Origin: Alphaproteobacteria bacterium
Lineage (GTDB): Bacteria; Pseudomonadota; Alphaproteobacteria; MPNO01
Length of the DNA stretch: 64,000 bases
Assembly: GCA_963422565.1 (NCBI GenBank)
Contig: OY730228.1
Location: forward strand, 321,802-385,801
Direction of reading: 5' to 3'
This document shows positions 21,527-30,888 of the stretch, in pieces. The position numbers were made by a program, and so were the translations under genes. A model generated the notes under the pieces. The model was not told the DNA's origin and did no database searches. It worked only from the letters and a program-made list of their open reading frames with translations. Position 1 is the first letter of the stretch, and every line of letters begins with the position of its first letter.

Positions 21527-21630
21527 GCCAGACGGCCCTCGAGCTTGAGACGCGACAGAACGGGGAGGGGAGCCGATCCATACTGCCCGCCGGAAGGGAC
21601 CGACGCAACCGATGGCGCGAACGCGGCGGC

Positions 21631-21915
21631 TCAGCCCTCCTCGAAGCCGTCGGCGAAGAGCGCGGCGAGCGATTCGATCGCGGCTTCGGCTTCCGCACCG
21701 GTCGCGCTGAGCTCGACACGGGTCCCGGTGGAAGCCGCCAGCATCAACAGGCCCATGATCGAGAGAGCCGACACGTCCTGACCCTTGGCCGCGATCCGGA
21801 CATCGGCGTCGAACGGCTCGACCGTCGCCGCGATCCTCGCGGCGACCCTGGCATGGAGCCCCTTGGCGTTGACGACCTCGACGACGCGCCGGGCGGCGGC
21901 ACCGGGTTCGTTCAT
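21631..21915 (-). CDS. npr: HPr-family phosphocarrier protein (NPr/HPr)
   Basis: 94 aa, …[11 protein letters not shown]… with active His. ATG overlaps the upstream stop (ATGA). Confidence 0.8.
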   Translation of the reverse strand: MNEPGAAARRVVEVVNAKGLHARVAARIAATVEPFDADVRIAAKGQDVSALSIMGLLMLAASTGTRVELSATGAEAEAAIESLAALFADGFEEG

Positions 21916-22325
21916 TCCGTCCGCTCGCCCAGGAGATGGGAGGCGACGTTTATGTATTTTCGCCCGGCGTCCTGTGCCGCCGCCACCGTCTCGGTCAGCC
22001 CCTCCCGGCCGCGCACGCTGGCGATCTTGACCAGCATCGGCAGGTTGACGCCGGCGACGACCTCGATGCCCGACCGATTCATCAACGAAATCGCCAGGTT
22101 GGAGGGTGTCCCTCCGAACATGTCCGTCAAGAGAATCACGCCGGCGCCGGTCTCCACCCGCCGGATGCAGTCGGCGATTTCGCGCCGCCGCCGTTCCATG
22201 TCGTCGTTGGGGCCGATGCAGACCGCCTCGATTCGCTCTTGCGGTCCGACGACATGTTCGAGCGCGGCGGCCATCTCCCTCGCGAGGCCGCCATGGGTGA
22301 CGAGGACGATTCCGATCAGGGGCAT
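21912..22325 (-). CDS. PTS EIIA component, mannose/fructose family (EIIA-Man)
   Basis: [15 protein letters not shown]… phosphorylatable His near the N-terminus. 137 aa. Confidence 0.85.
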   Translation of the reverse strand: MPLIGIVLVTHGGLAREMAAALEHVVGPQERIEAVCIGPNDDMERRRREIADCIRRVETGAGVILLTDMFGGTPSNLAISLMNRSGIEVVAGVNLPMLVKIASVRGREGLTETVAAAQDAGRKYINVASHLLGERTE

Positions 22326-22328
22326 TGC

Positions 22329-23255
22329 CTATGCCTCGCTTCCCGCGGGCGTCGTCCGGAGGTCCCTGTGGACGGCGGCCGCCATCCGGCCCCGCGCCCG
22401 CATCCATTCGGCGAGCCGCCGGACGACGAATACGGATCGGTGTCTGCCGCCCGTGCAGCCGACCGCGATCGTCAGATAGCTCCGCCCCTCATCGTCGAAA
22501 CGGGGCAGCAAGATCTCGAGCCAACGGGCCAACGCCTCGAAGAAGGCCAAGAAGTCCGGGTCGCCCGCAATGAATTCCGCCACATCGCCGTCGAGCCCGG
22601 TCCGACCTCCGAGCTCGGGGTCGTAGAACGGATTTCGGAGGAATCGAACGTCGATCACCATGTCGGATTCGGGAGGGAGGCCCCGACCGTAGGAAAACGA
22701 GAGCAGCCGTACCTCCAGATCGCGGGCGCCGTCACGCCTGCACGCGCGCTTGAGCGCCCGCTTCAGCGTGGAAAGCTCGAACCCGGTCGTGTCGATCAGG
22801 TGGTCGGCATGGGCCATGAGAGGTCCGAGCAGCTCGCGTTCGCGCATGATCTTCTGTACGAGAGAGCCGCGCGCGTCCAGCGGATGGCGACGCCGGACCT
22901 GCGAGTAGCGCCGCCGCAGCGTCTCGTCCTGGCAGTCGAGGAACATCAATTCCGCATCGACGTCGTCCCGTCGTATCAACTGGTCGACCGCGTTCCGGAC
23001 CCCTTCGACCGTGAAATCCCGCGTTCGGATATCCACACCGAGGGCGAGAGGGCGGCGGTCGTCCGCCGGTCCAGCCGCGTCGCCGATCAGGGAGAGCGGG
23101 AGATTGTCGACCGTCTCGAAGCCCATGTCTTCGAGCGCCTTGAGCGCCGCCGTCTTGCCGGCCCCGGACACCCCGGTGACGAAGAGCACCCGCCTCTTCC
23201 GGGCGCCGGGCCGGCAGGGCCGCTCGGGCGAGCCATCCTTTCCGTCGGCCGTCAT
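22329..23255 (-). CDS. rapZ: RNase adapter protein RapZ (YhbJ P-loop ATPase)
   Basis: VLFVTGVSGAGKTAALKALEDMGFETVDNLP. 308 aa. ATG overlaps the hprK stop. Confidence 0.9.
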   Translation of the reverse strand: MTADGKDGSPERPCRPGARKRRVLFVTGVSGAGKTAALKALEDMGFETVDNLPLSLIGDAAGPADDRRPLALGVDIRTRDFTVEGVRNAVDQLIRRDDVDAELMFLDCQDETLRRRYSQVRRRHPLDARGSLVQKIMRERELLGPLMAHADHLIDTTGFELSTLKRALKRACRRDGARDLEVRLLSFSYGRGLPPESDMVIDVRFLRNPFYDPELGGRTGLDGDVAEFIAGDPDFLAFFEALARWLEILLPRFDDEGRSYLTIAVGCTGGRHRSVFVVRRLAEWMRARGRMAAAVHRDLRTTPAGSEA

Positions 23256-23716
23256 CGTCGCTGTTCCCGGCCGGCGCCGTCTCGGGCGTCGTCCGTTCGA
23301 GCTATGCCGGCGGCGAGGCGCACCTTGGCCGCCGCCGAGGATACGAAGGCCTGCAGCGCGATTTGCCGAACGGCTGCGCCTTCATGGGTCCAGACGGCGG
23401 AGGCGGGCAAGCGCGGCGGCTCCTCGTGGACGAGCGTCACCGCGAGGGTCACGTGAACGCCGTCCCGCCAAGGGAGATCGACGATGCCGAGCCCGCGGAC
23501 CTCGAGGCGGCCGGCGAGGGCGGGGGGAGGGCCGGCAAGAAGCGTCCCCCCGCTCTCGCTCAGGACGACCCGGTCGTCCGCGACCAGACTCGCGCCGCCG
23601 TCGACGAGCCGCAGCGCGAGATCGGACTTGCCGCTTCCCGATGGTCCCAGCAACAGGATGCCGCGGTCGTCGAGGGCGACGCAGCTCGCATGGATCGTGG
23701 CGATCCGATCGTTCAT
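23252..23716 (-). CDS. hprK: HPr kinase/phosphorylase, C-terminal kinase domain only (alphaproteobacterial truncated form)
   Basis: Walker A LLLGPSGSGKSDLALRL. 154 aa, the short form typical of alphaproteobacteria. Confidence 0.85.
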   Translation of the reverse strand: MNDRIATIHASCVALDDRGILLLGPSGSGKSDLALRLVDGGASLVADDRVVLSESGGTLLAGPPPALAGRLEVRGLGIVDLPWRDGVHVTLAVTLVHEEPPRLPASAVWTHEGAAVRQIALQAFVSSAAAKVRLAAGIARTDDARDGAGREQRR

Positions 23717-23912
23717 CCCGGTCTCCTGGGACCGCGTCGCCCGGCCGGGGGCGACTCTGCCGCAGCCGCGGCCGGTTGAAAGCGTTCCGAGCCCATTCTA
23801 TGTTCGCGTCGAAATCGAGGATTCAGCAAGATTTGCTCCGGCCGGGAGGACCGGGCCGCTTCGTGGGCGACTCGCTCGCGGCGAACGGCGCCTCGGTATT
23901 CGGGAGGGACAT

Positions 23913-25523
23913 GTGGATCAGACCGGAACTGTGGTCAGCTCGTTCGGGCTGGAGAATCACGGCCTGCGCAACCTCGCGGCGGCCCATTGGAACCCGGGGG
24001 TCGCCGAGCTCTACGAGCGCGGGCTGCGGCGCGGAGAGGGCATGCTGGCCCTCGGCGGGGGGTTCGTCACCGAGACCGGGGAGTATACCGGCCGTTCGCC
24101 GCGCGACAAGTTCATCGTCGACGAGCCGGGCACGACCGGCGACATCTGGTGGGGTCCGGTCAACAACCGGATCGACGAAGCGCATTTCGATATCGTCCAC
24201 CGGCGGATGCTGGCGTTCTTCCAGGGCCGGGAGGCGTTCGTCCAGGACGTATACGGCGGCGCCGACCCGGAACACCGGCTGGCGGTTCGCGTGGTCACTC
24301 AGCAGGCATGGCATAGCTTGTTCGCCCGGAACATGTTCATCCTGCCGTCCGACGAGGCGCGGGCCGGGTTCGTGCCCGACTTCACGGTGCTGCACGCACC
24401 GGGTCTGCAGACGATTCCCGAGATCGACGGCACCCGCAGCGAGGTTTTCGTCCTGCTTCATCTCGCCAAGCGCCTGATCCTGGTCGGCGGGTCGCACTAT
24501 ACCGGAGAAATCAAGAAGACGATCTTTTCCGTGCTCAACTACCTGTTGCCGGCGAGGGGCGTGTTGCCGATGCATTGCTCCTGCAATGTCGGGGCGCGCG
24601 GCGACGCCGCGATCTTCTTCGGGCTTTCGGGCACGGGAAAGACCACCCTGTCGTCGGATCCGACGCGCACGCTCGTCGGCGACGACGAGCATGGCTGGTC
24701 CGATCGCGGCGTCTTCAACTTCGAGGGCGGTTGCTACGCGAAGACGATCAACCTCTCCGCCGCGGCCGAACCGGAAATCTACGACGCCTGCTTCCGTTTC
24801 GGGACAGTGCTCGAGAACGTCGTCGTCGATCCCGCGACCCGTGCCCCCGATTTCGACGACGGCTCCCTCACCGAGAACGCGCGCGCCTCCTATCCCCTTC
24901 ATTTCCTCGGCAAGGTCGACCCCTCGGGCATGGGCGGCCATCCCGAGAATATCGTCATGCTGACCGCCGACGCCTTCGGCGTCCTCCCGCCGGTCAGCCG
25001 GCTGACCCCGGAACAGGCGATGTATCATTTCCTCTCCGGCTACACCGCGCGGCTCGCGGGCACCGAACGCGGTCTGGGCAGCGCGCCCGAGGCCACCTTC
25101 TCGACCTGTTTCGGCGCCCCCTTCCTGCCCCGCCACCCGACCGTCTACGCCGAGCTGCTCGGCGAGAAGATCGCGCGCCACGGCGCCAAGTGCTGGCTGG
25201 TCAACACCGGCTGGTCGGGCGGATCCTACGGCGTGGGGACGCGGATGCGGATCGCGCATACCCGCGCGATGATCCGCGCGGTCGTCGAGGGGAAGCTCGC
25301 CTCCGTCGCCGTCGCCCCCGACCCCAATTTCGGCGTCCTCGTTCCCGAGAACGTTCCCGAAGTGCCGACCGAGGTGCTCACCCCGCGCAGCACCTGGTCG
25401 AACAAGCGGGAATACGACAGCGCCGCGCGCGGCTTGGCCGCGCGCTTCCAACAGAATTTCAAACAGTTCGAAGACGCTGTCGATATGGACGTCAAGGAGG
25501 TGGCGATCCGCCCGGCAGCGTAG
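23913..25523 (+). CDS. pckA: phosphoenolpyruvate carboxykinase (ATP)
   Basis: GTG start at 23913, in frame, divergent from hprK. …YTGRSPRDKF…FFGLSGTGKTTLS… 536 aa. Upstream part of ORF 23484 rejected. Confidence 0.9.
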   Translation: MDQTGTVVSSFGLENHGLRNLAAAHWNPGVAELYERGLRRGEGMLALGGGFVTETGEYTGRSPRDKFIVDEPGTTGDIWWGPVNNRIDEAHFDIVHRRMLAFFQGREAFVQDVYGGADPEHRLAVRVVTQQAWHSLFARNMFILPSDEARAGFVPDFTVLHAPGLQTIPEIDGTRSEVFVLLHLAKRLILVGGSHYTGEIKKTIFSVLNYLLPARGVLPMHCSCNVGARGDAAIFFGLSGTGKTTLSSDPTRTLVGDDEHGWSDRGVFNFEGGCYAKTINLSAAAEPEIYDACFRFGTVLENVVVDPATRAPDFDDGSLTENARASYPLHFLGKVDPSGMGGHPENIVMLTADAFGVLPPVSRLTPEQAMYHFLSGYTARLAGTERGLGSAPEATFSTCFGAPFLPRHPTVYAELLGEKIARHGAKCWLVNTGWSGGSYGVGTRMRIAHTRAMIRAVVEGKLASVAVAPDPNFGVLVPENVPEVPTEVLTPRSTWSNKREYDSAARGLAARFQQNFKQFEDAVDMDVKEVAIRPAA

Positions 25524-25547
25524 AACCGCCACCCGGCCGAGACGCAG

Positions 25548-25578
25548 GCAGCGGCCGCGACGGCGTCGTGGCCGCTGC
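25548..25578 (+). terminator. perfect 9-bp stem hairpin downstream of pckA (terminator-like, no U-tract)
   Basis: GCAGCGGCC-(13 nt)-GGCCGCTGC, 25 nt after the pckA stop. Confidence 0.3.
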
Positions 25579-25620
25579 GATCGGGCCGATTCGACGTATC
25601 GTGACGACGAGGCTACCGAA

Positions 25621-26031
25621 ATGACCGCCGATATCCGCATATACAACCCCGAGTCTCTGGGCGAGCCTCTCGGCCAGTACAGCCATGTGAGCCGGGTCAG
25701 GGCTGCGGAGCATCTGTTCGTCGCCGGGATGCTCTCCGCCGACCGGGACGGCAATATCGTCGGCGCGGACGATTTCGATGCGCAATGCGTTCAGGTCTTC
25801 GCGAACGTCCGCGCCGCCCTTCGTTCGGCGGGCGCAGACTGGAACAACGTGGTCCAGTTCACCACCTATCTGGTCCATTCCCGGTGGATCCCCGAATTCA
25901 TGAGCTACCGTCTTCGGGAGTTCCCCGGAATGTTCCCCGACGGCGCCTATCCGCCCAACACGCTGCTGATCGTCGACCGCCTGGTTCGGGAGCCGTTCCT
26001 GATCGAGGTCCAGACCGTCGCGGCCGTCTAG
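25621..26031 (+). CDS. ridA: RidA/YjgF family reactive-intermediate deaminase
   Basis: 136 aa, RidA-family protein. Confidence 0.8.
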   Translation: MTADIRIYNPESLGEPLGQYSHVSRVRAAEHLFVAGMLSADRDGNIVGADDFDAQCVQVFANVRAALRSAGADWNNVVQFTTYLVHSRWIPEFMSYRLREFPGMFPDGAYPPNTLLIVDRLVREPFLIEVQTVAAV

Positions 26032-26073
26032 GCCCTCACGCCCGCCGGAAACCGGAAAGGAGAGGGAAGCCCA

Positions 26074-26904
26074 GTGTCCAGGCAGGATCGGATCCGGAAG
26101 GCCCGCGCCTTCAAGGCCATGCATGAGGATGGCCCGATTCTCGTTCTCGCCAACGCCTCCGACGTCGCCTCGGCGCGTATCGTCGTCGAGGCCGGATTTC
26201 CGGCGGTCGCGACGTCGAGCGCGGGCGTCGCCTGGCTGATGGGTCGTCCCGACGGCCAGAATATCTCCCGCAACGAGATGCTGCTGATGGTCCGCCGCAT
26301 CGCCGACGCGCTCGACGTTCCGGTGAGCGCCGATATGGAGGCGGGTTACGGCGCGAGCCCGGACGCGGTCGCGCGTACCGTCCGGGATGTCGTCGACGCG
26401 GGAGCTGTGGGCGTCAACATCGAGGACGGCGCGTTCGAGGGGGCTGCGCCGCTGCTCGATATCGGGCTGGCCGCCGCGCGCATCGCCGCCGGTCGGGCGG
26501 CCGCGGACGGTGCGGGAGTGCCCGTCGTTATCAACGCCCGGACCGATGTCTTCCTGAAGGGCGGAAGCGGCGCCGAGGCCGTCGAGGAAGCGGTCCGCCG
26601 CGCCAACGTCTATCGCGAGGCCGGCGCCGACTGCCTGTTCGTTCCGTTCGCGCGCGACGCCGCGACGATCGGCGCGCTTGCCGAGCGGATCGACGGTCCG
26701 CTCAACATCCTCGCTTCGGCGGTCTCTCCCCCGGTGCCCGAACTGGCACGGCTGGGAGTCGCCCGGGTCAGTATCGGCGGGCTGATGTCGCTCGCCTTCG
26801 CGACCCTGGCGCGCCGGATCGCCGCGGAGCTGAGAGACCGGGGGACCTACGGTTTCGCCGAGGGCGCGATCCCGCATCCGGAGATGAACGCGCTGCTCTC
26901 CTGA
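26074..26904 (+). CDS. isocitrate lyase / PEP mutase superfamily protein (oxaloacetate decarboxylase / carboxyvinyl-carboxyphosphonate phosphorylmutase-like)
   Basis: TIM-barrel ICL/PEPM fold …VNIEDG…, but lacks the KRCGH motif found in the prpB paralog at 30888. Confidence 0.7.
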   Translation: MSRQDRIRKARAFKAMHEDGPILVLANASDVASARIVVEAGFPAVATSSAGVAWLMGRPDGQNISRNEMLLMVRRIADALDVPVSADMEAGYGASPDAVARTVRDVVDAGAVGVNIEDGAFEGAAPLLDIGLAAARIAAGRAAADGAGVPVVINARTDVFLKGGSGAEAVEEAVRRANVYREAGADCLFVPFARDAATIGALAERIDGPLNILASAVSPPVPELARLGVARVSIGGLMSLAFATLARRIAAELRDRGTYGFAEGAIPHPEMNALLS

Positions 26905-26922
26905 ACCGGCGGACGCCTCGGG

Positions 26923-28608
26923 TCAGCGGCGCCGGGCCTGCTGCGCCGCCGCCCGGAGCCCGCTGAGCGTGGCGGTGGGCAGGATCGCCTCGGGATCGAC
27001 GACGAGCTCGATGAGGGCGGGGAGGCGGGCGGCGGCGGCGCGGTCATAGGCGTCCGCGAAGTCCTCGGTCCGGATCACCCGTTCGCCGTGCAGTCCGTAG
27101 GCGCGCGCCAGCCCGGCGAAATCGGGGTTGGCGAGATCGGTGCCGATGACGCGGTTCGGATAGTGACGCTCCTGATGCATCCGGATCGTCCCGTATGTGC
27201 CGTTGTTGACGACCAGAAACAGGAGGTTGCTGCAGGAACGGGCGCGCGCGGTCGAGATTTCCTGGCCGTTCATCAGGAAGCAGCCGTCGCCCGACCAGGA
27301 CACCACGCGGCGTTCCGGATGGCGGACCGCCGCCGCGATGCCGGCGGGCACGCCGTAGCCCATCGCGCCGCTCTGCGGCGCGAGCTGGGTGCGGAAGCCG
27401 CGATAGCGGTGAAAGCGGTGCAGCCAGATCGAGAAGTTTCCGGCGCCACTGGCGACGATCGCATCCTCGGGGAGCAGGTCTTCGAGCATGCGGACGATCC
27501 GGGCGAGATCGAGCGTGAACCGGCATGGCGGCGGCGTGCAGAACGCCTCATAGGCGGCGCGCGCCTCCGCCCGCCAGGCGGACCGTCCGGGCGCCGCGAG
27601 CGACGGGCGGGCGCGCAGCGACGCCGCGATCGCGGCCATGCCGGCGTTGATCGCGAGCTCGGGCTGGTAGACCTTGCCCAGTTCTTCGAGATCGGCGCTG
27701 ACGTGAATCAGGCGCTGGCGCGGCCTCGGCGTCGCGAGCAGCGTGTAGCCCTGGGTGACGATCTCGCCGAGCGGCGCCCCGACGACCAGCAGCAGATCGG
27801 CGTCCCGCACCGTCTCGACGAGGGACGGATTCATCCCGATCCCGACCACCCCGACATAGCAGGGATGCCGGTTGTCGAAATGGTCCTGCCTGCGAAAGGC
27901 GGCGGCGACCGGGAGGTCGTTGGCCTCGGCGAACGCGCGGAGGTCCTCGCAGGCCTCGACCGTCCAGCCGCTGCCGCCGATCAGCATCAGCGGCCGCGCG
28001 GCCTGGCGCAGCATCTCCCGGAGCCGGTCGACCGCGTGCGGGTCCGGGTGGGCCTCGAGCGTCGCATAGCGGCCGCCGTCCTCGACCTCGGCGCGCTCGG
28101 TCTGCATGTCCTCGGGCAGCGCCAGCGCGACCGGGCCCGGCCGGCCGTTGACCGCGGTGCGAAACGCCCGGTTGACGAATTCCGGGATACGGGCGGGATC
28201 GTCGATCTGCGCGGTCCACTTCGTGACCTCGCCGAACATGCGGCGAAAGTCGATCTCCTGAAACGCCTCGCGGCCGCTCATCGACCGGGCGACCTGGCCG
28301 ATGAACAGGATCATCGGCGTCGAGTCCTGGCGCGCCGTATGGAGGCCGATGCTCGCATTCGCGGCCCCCGGTCCTCGGGTCACGAAGCAGATGCCCGGGC
28401 GGCCGGTCAGCTTGCCATAGGCCTCCGCCATATTGGCGGCGCCGCCCTCCTGGCGGCAGGTCACGAGCTCGATGCTGCCGCGGGCGTCGTAGAGCGCATC
28501 CAGCGTCGCCAGATAGCTTTCGCCAGGCACGCAGAACACCGTGTCGGCCCCGTGGATGCGGAGCGCATCGACGAGAATCTGGCCCCCCGTCCTGAGATTG
28601 CTGGTCAT
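26923..28608 (-). CDS. thiamine pyrophosphate-dependent enzyme (acetolactate synthase / benzoylformate decarboxylase-like)
   Basis: N-terminal Pyr domain GGQILVDALRIHGADTVFCVPGESYL and C-terminal GDGCFLM…NNGTYG TPP motif. ATG at 28608. 561 aa. Confidence 0.8.
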   Translation of the reverse strand: MTSNLRTGGQILVDALRIHGADTVFCVPGESYLATLDALYDARGSIELVTCRQEGGAANMAEAYGKLTGRPGICFVTRGPGAANASIGLHTARQDSTPMILFIGQVARSMSGREAFQEIDFRRMFGEVTKWTAQIDDPARIPEFVNRAFRTAVNGRPGPVALALPEDMQTERAEVEDGGRYATLEAHPDPHAVDRLREMLRQAARPLMLIGGSGWTVEACEDLRAFAEANDLPVAAAFRRQDHFDNRHPCYVGVVGIGMNPSLVETVRDADLLLVVGAPLGEIVTQGYTLLATPRPRQRLIHVSADLEELGKVYQPELAINAGMAAIAASLRARPSLAAPGRSAWRAEARAAYEAFCTPPPCRFTLDLARIVRMLEDLLPEDAIVASGAGNFSIWLHRFHRYRGFRTQLAPQSGAMGYGVPAGIAAAVRHPERRVVSWSGDGCFLMNGQEISTARARSCSNLLFLVVNNGTYGTIRMHQERHYPNRVIGTDLANPDFAGLARAYGLHGERVIRTEDFADAYDRAAAARLPALIELVVDPEAILPTATLSGLRAAAQQARRR

Positions 28609-29246
28609 GTCGCGATCGGCTCGTCGAGGAGAACGGTATAGCGCTGCGGTTTGGGCTTGGAGGCATCCTCGGGATCTAAATAGCGGATCGAGCTCTTTCC
28701 CCTGAGCCGCCGGGGGAGGATCATCACCCGGTTGAAGCGTCCTGGCCGGTCTTCCGGCGCCCAGGCGAGAACCGGGTCGGGCCCTGCCTCGAACCAGGCG
28801 TCGAACGCGTCGATGCTCCTGGTCTCGCCATGGACGCGGACGTTGAAGCCGCCCTCGAGCAGGCAGCGGATACCGCCTCCCTGATGGGTGTGGGCATAGG
28901 CCGTGCCGCCCGGCGGCAGCGCCACCGTGTCGCAGCGCAGCAGATAATCCTCGGCATCGTCGAGATCCAACCCGGCTTCGAGCGTCGGGTTTCCGGGGGG
29001 CGGATCGTCCGCGGAGAACAGCTCGTATCGAAGGACGGTCGCGCCCCCGCCGCCCGCCGCCAGCGCCCCCGCCCGCGTCGTCAGCCATGCGGACTCGGGC
29101 ACGAGCGCCGCCGCCGCACCTCCCGCGCGGCAGGTCGCAGCCCCGGCCGCGACGAAGCAGACCCGCGCCAGGACCCATTCGCCCAACGACAGGCCGGCAC
29201 CCGGCGCGAGGCGGTCGATCGTCAATCGGAGGATGTGGCTGGGCAT
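28605..29246 (-). CDS. cupin domain protein
   Basis: ATG at 29246 with GGAA upstream. Stop overlaps the TPP-enzyme start (ATGA). Cupin beta-barrel C-terminal half. Confidence 0.55.
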   Translation of the reverse strand: MPSHILRLTIDRLAPGAGLSLGEWVLARVCFVAAGAATCRAGGAAAALVPESAWLTTRAGALAAGGGGATVLRYELFSADDPPPGNPTLEAGLDLDDAEDYLLRCDTVALPPGGTAYAHTHQGGGIRCLLEGGFNVRVHGETRSIDAFDAWFEAGPDPVLAWAPEDRPGRFNRVMILPRRLRGKSSIRYLDPEDASKPKPQRYTVLLDEPIAT

Positions 29247-29358
29247 TTCCGGTTCGCAGGGGAAGGTTGGGGTGAAGCTAACCACAACCCTGCGGGGGAC
29301 GGCAACGTCTTGCGTTTGAATCGCCGCCGCCGCCGGCTATGATGCGCTGTCAATCGGC

Positions 29359-30888
29359 GTGAAATATCTGGAATTACCGGTGATAGATCATAGGGTTGAA
29401 GTCTATCCTTCAACGAAGACCTTGGCACGGCAGCATCAGCTCGCCTGGAAGATCGCGGCGGTCGCGAACGACCCGGTAGAAGTCGAACCGGCGGTTGCGG
29501 AGATGGTCGTCAACCGCTTGATCGATAATGCGGCCGTCGCCGTCGCCGCGCTGGAGCGTGCTCCCGTCGCCGCGGCGCGCGACCAGGCGTTGGCCCATCC
29601 CCGCGCAGGCGGCGCGGCCGTGTTCGGGATTTCCGACGGCGAACGCTTTTCCGCCGAATGGGCAGCCTGGGCCAACGGAACGGCGGTGCGCGAGCTCGAC
29701 TTCCACGACACGTTTCTCGCCGCCGACTACTCCCATCCCGGGGACAATATCCCCCCGATCCTCGCCGTCGCCCAACAGACCGGGCGCGACGGGACCGACC
29801 TCGTGCGCGGGATCGCCGCCGGCTACGAGATCCAAATCGATCTGGCGAAGGGCATCTGCCTCCATGCGCACAAGATCGACCATATCGCGCATCTCGGGCC
29901 GTCCGCCGCCGCCGGCATCGGAGCGCTGCTGGATCTGCCGACCGAGACGATCTATCAAGCCGTTCAGCAGGCGCTTCACGTCACCGTCTCGACGCGCCAG
30001 TCCCGGAAGGGCGAGATTTCGAGCTGGAAGGCCTTCGCGCCGGCCCATGCCGGCAAGCTCTCGATCGAGGCGGTCGATCGGGCGATGCGCGGCGAGGGGG
30101 CGCCGTCGCCGATCTACGAGGGCGAGGACAGCGTGATCGCCCGGGTGCTCGACGGCCCGGATGCGCGCTATACCGTCCCGCTCCCGGCTCCGGGCGAGCC
30201 GAAGCGGGCGATCCTCGAATCCTATACCAAGGAACATTCGGCGGAATATCAGAGTCAGGCGATCATCGATCTGGCGTTCCGCCTGCGCGAGCGAATCCCC
30301 GATCCGGAGCGGGTGCGACGGATCACGCTGCATACCAGCCATCACACCCATCACGTGATCGGGACCGGGGCCGGCGACCCGCAGAAGATGGATCCGCACG
30401 CGAGCCGGGAGACGCTCGACCACAGCATCATGTACATCCTGGCGGTCGCCCTGCAGGACGGCGAATGGCACCATCTGCGTTCCTATGCGCCCGAACGTGC
30501 GCGCCGCCCCGACACGGTCCGGCTGTGGCACAAGATTTCGACGGTCGAGGATCCGGCGTGGACGCGGCGCTACCACGACCCGGATCCGGCCCGCCGCGCC
30601 TTCGGCGGCCGCATCGAGGTGGAGCTCGAGACCGGGGAGACGGTCGCCGACGAGCTCACCGTCGCCAACGCCCATTCGTCCGGTGCGCGGCCCTTCGCGC
30701 GCGCAGACTATATACGTAAATTCAATATCTTGGCAGAGGGCGTTGTCGATGATAGAGAGCAGCGTCGGTTCCTCGATCTGGTGCAGGGTCTTCCCGATCT
30801 CGACGCCGGGGAGATCGGCGCCCTCAACGTGGCGGTCGATCCGTCCAGGCTGGCGGCGGCCGGCCCCCGCGGCAGGGGAATATTCTGA
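29359..30888 (+). CDS. prpD: 2-methylcitrate dehydratase (MmgE/PrpD family)
   Basis: …[19 protein letters not shown]… PrpD signature. Start ambiguous: GTG 29359 or TTG 29422, the latter placing the inverted repeat upstream. Confidence 0.85.
   Translation: MKYLELPVIDHRVEVYPSTKTLARQHQLAWKIAAVANDPVEVEPAVAEMVVNRLIDNAAVAVAALERAPVAAARDQALAHPRAGGAAVFGISDGERFSAEWAAWANGTAVRELDFHDTFLAADYSHPGDNIPPILAVAQQTGRDGTDLVRGIAAGYEIQIDLAKGICLHAHKIDHIAHLGPSAAAGIGALLDLPTETIYQAVQQALHVTVSTRQSRKGEISSWKAFAPAHAGKLSIEAVDRAMRGEGAPSPIYEGEDSVIARVLDGPDARYTVPLPAPGEPKRAILESYTKEHSAEYQSQAIIDLAFRLRERIPDPERVRRITLHTSHHTHHVIGTGAGDPQKMDPHASRETLDHSIMYILAVALQDGEWHHLRSYAPERARRPDTVRLWHKISTVEDPAWTRRYHDPDPARRAFGGRIEVELETGETVADELTVANAHSSGARPFARADYIRKFNILAEGVVDDREQRRFLDLVQGLPDLDAGEIGALNVAVDPSRLAAAGPRGRGIF
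29395..29414. promoter_or_regulatory. perfect inverted repeat GTTGAAG-N6-CTTCAAC in an AT-rich island at the 5' end of prpD (candidate operator)
   Basis: gttgaagtctatccttcaac, inside a roughly 80-nt stretch of about 40% GC against a 70% background. Confidence 0.4.

Noticed and set aside
21527-21630. Possible SAH riboswitch in the 104-nt leader upstream of ahcY
   Set aside because: Read on the minus strand, the leader does not show the SAH-element core pairing or the conserved AGGCUCGG/CAACG blocks I could recognise by eye. Only a covariance-model search (Rfam RF01057) could settle it.
23823-25754. 643-aa minus-strand ORF
   Set aside because: Antisense to pckA. No recognisable domain.
26074-28608. 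PEP mutase plus phosphonopyruvate decarboxylase (phosphonate biosynthesis) reading of the ICL/PEPM-family gene and the neighbouring TPP enzyme
   Set aside because: The ICL/PEPM-family protein lacks the EDKxxxKRCGH-type motif (present in the prpB paralog). The TPP enzyme is acetolactate-synthase-sized (561 aa) and is on the opposite strand, convergent, so not an operon.
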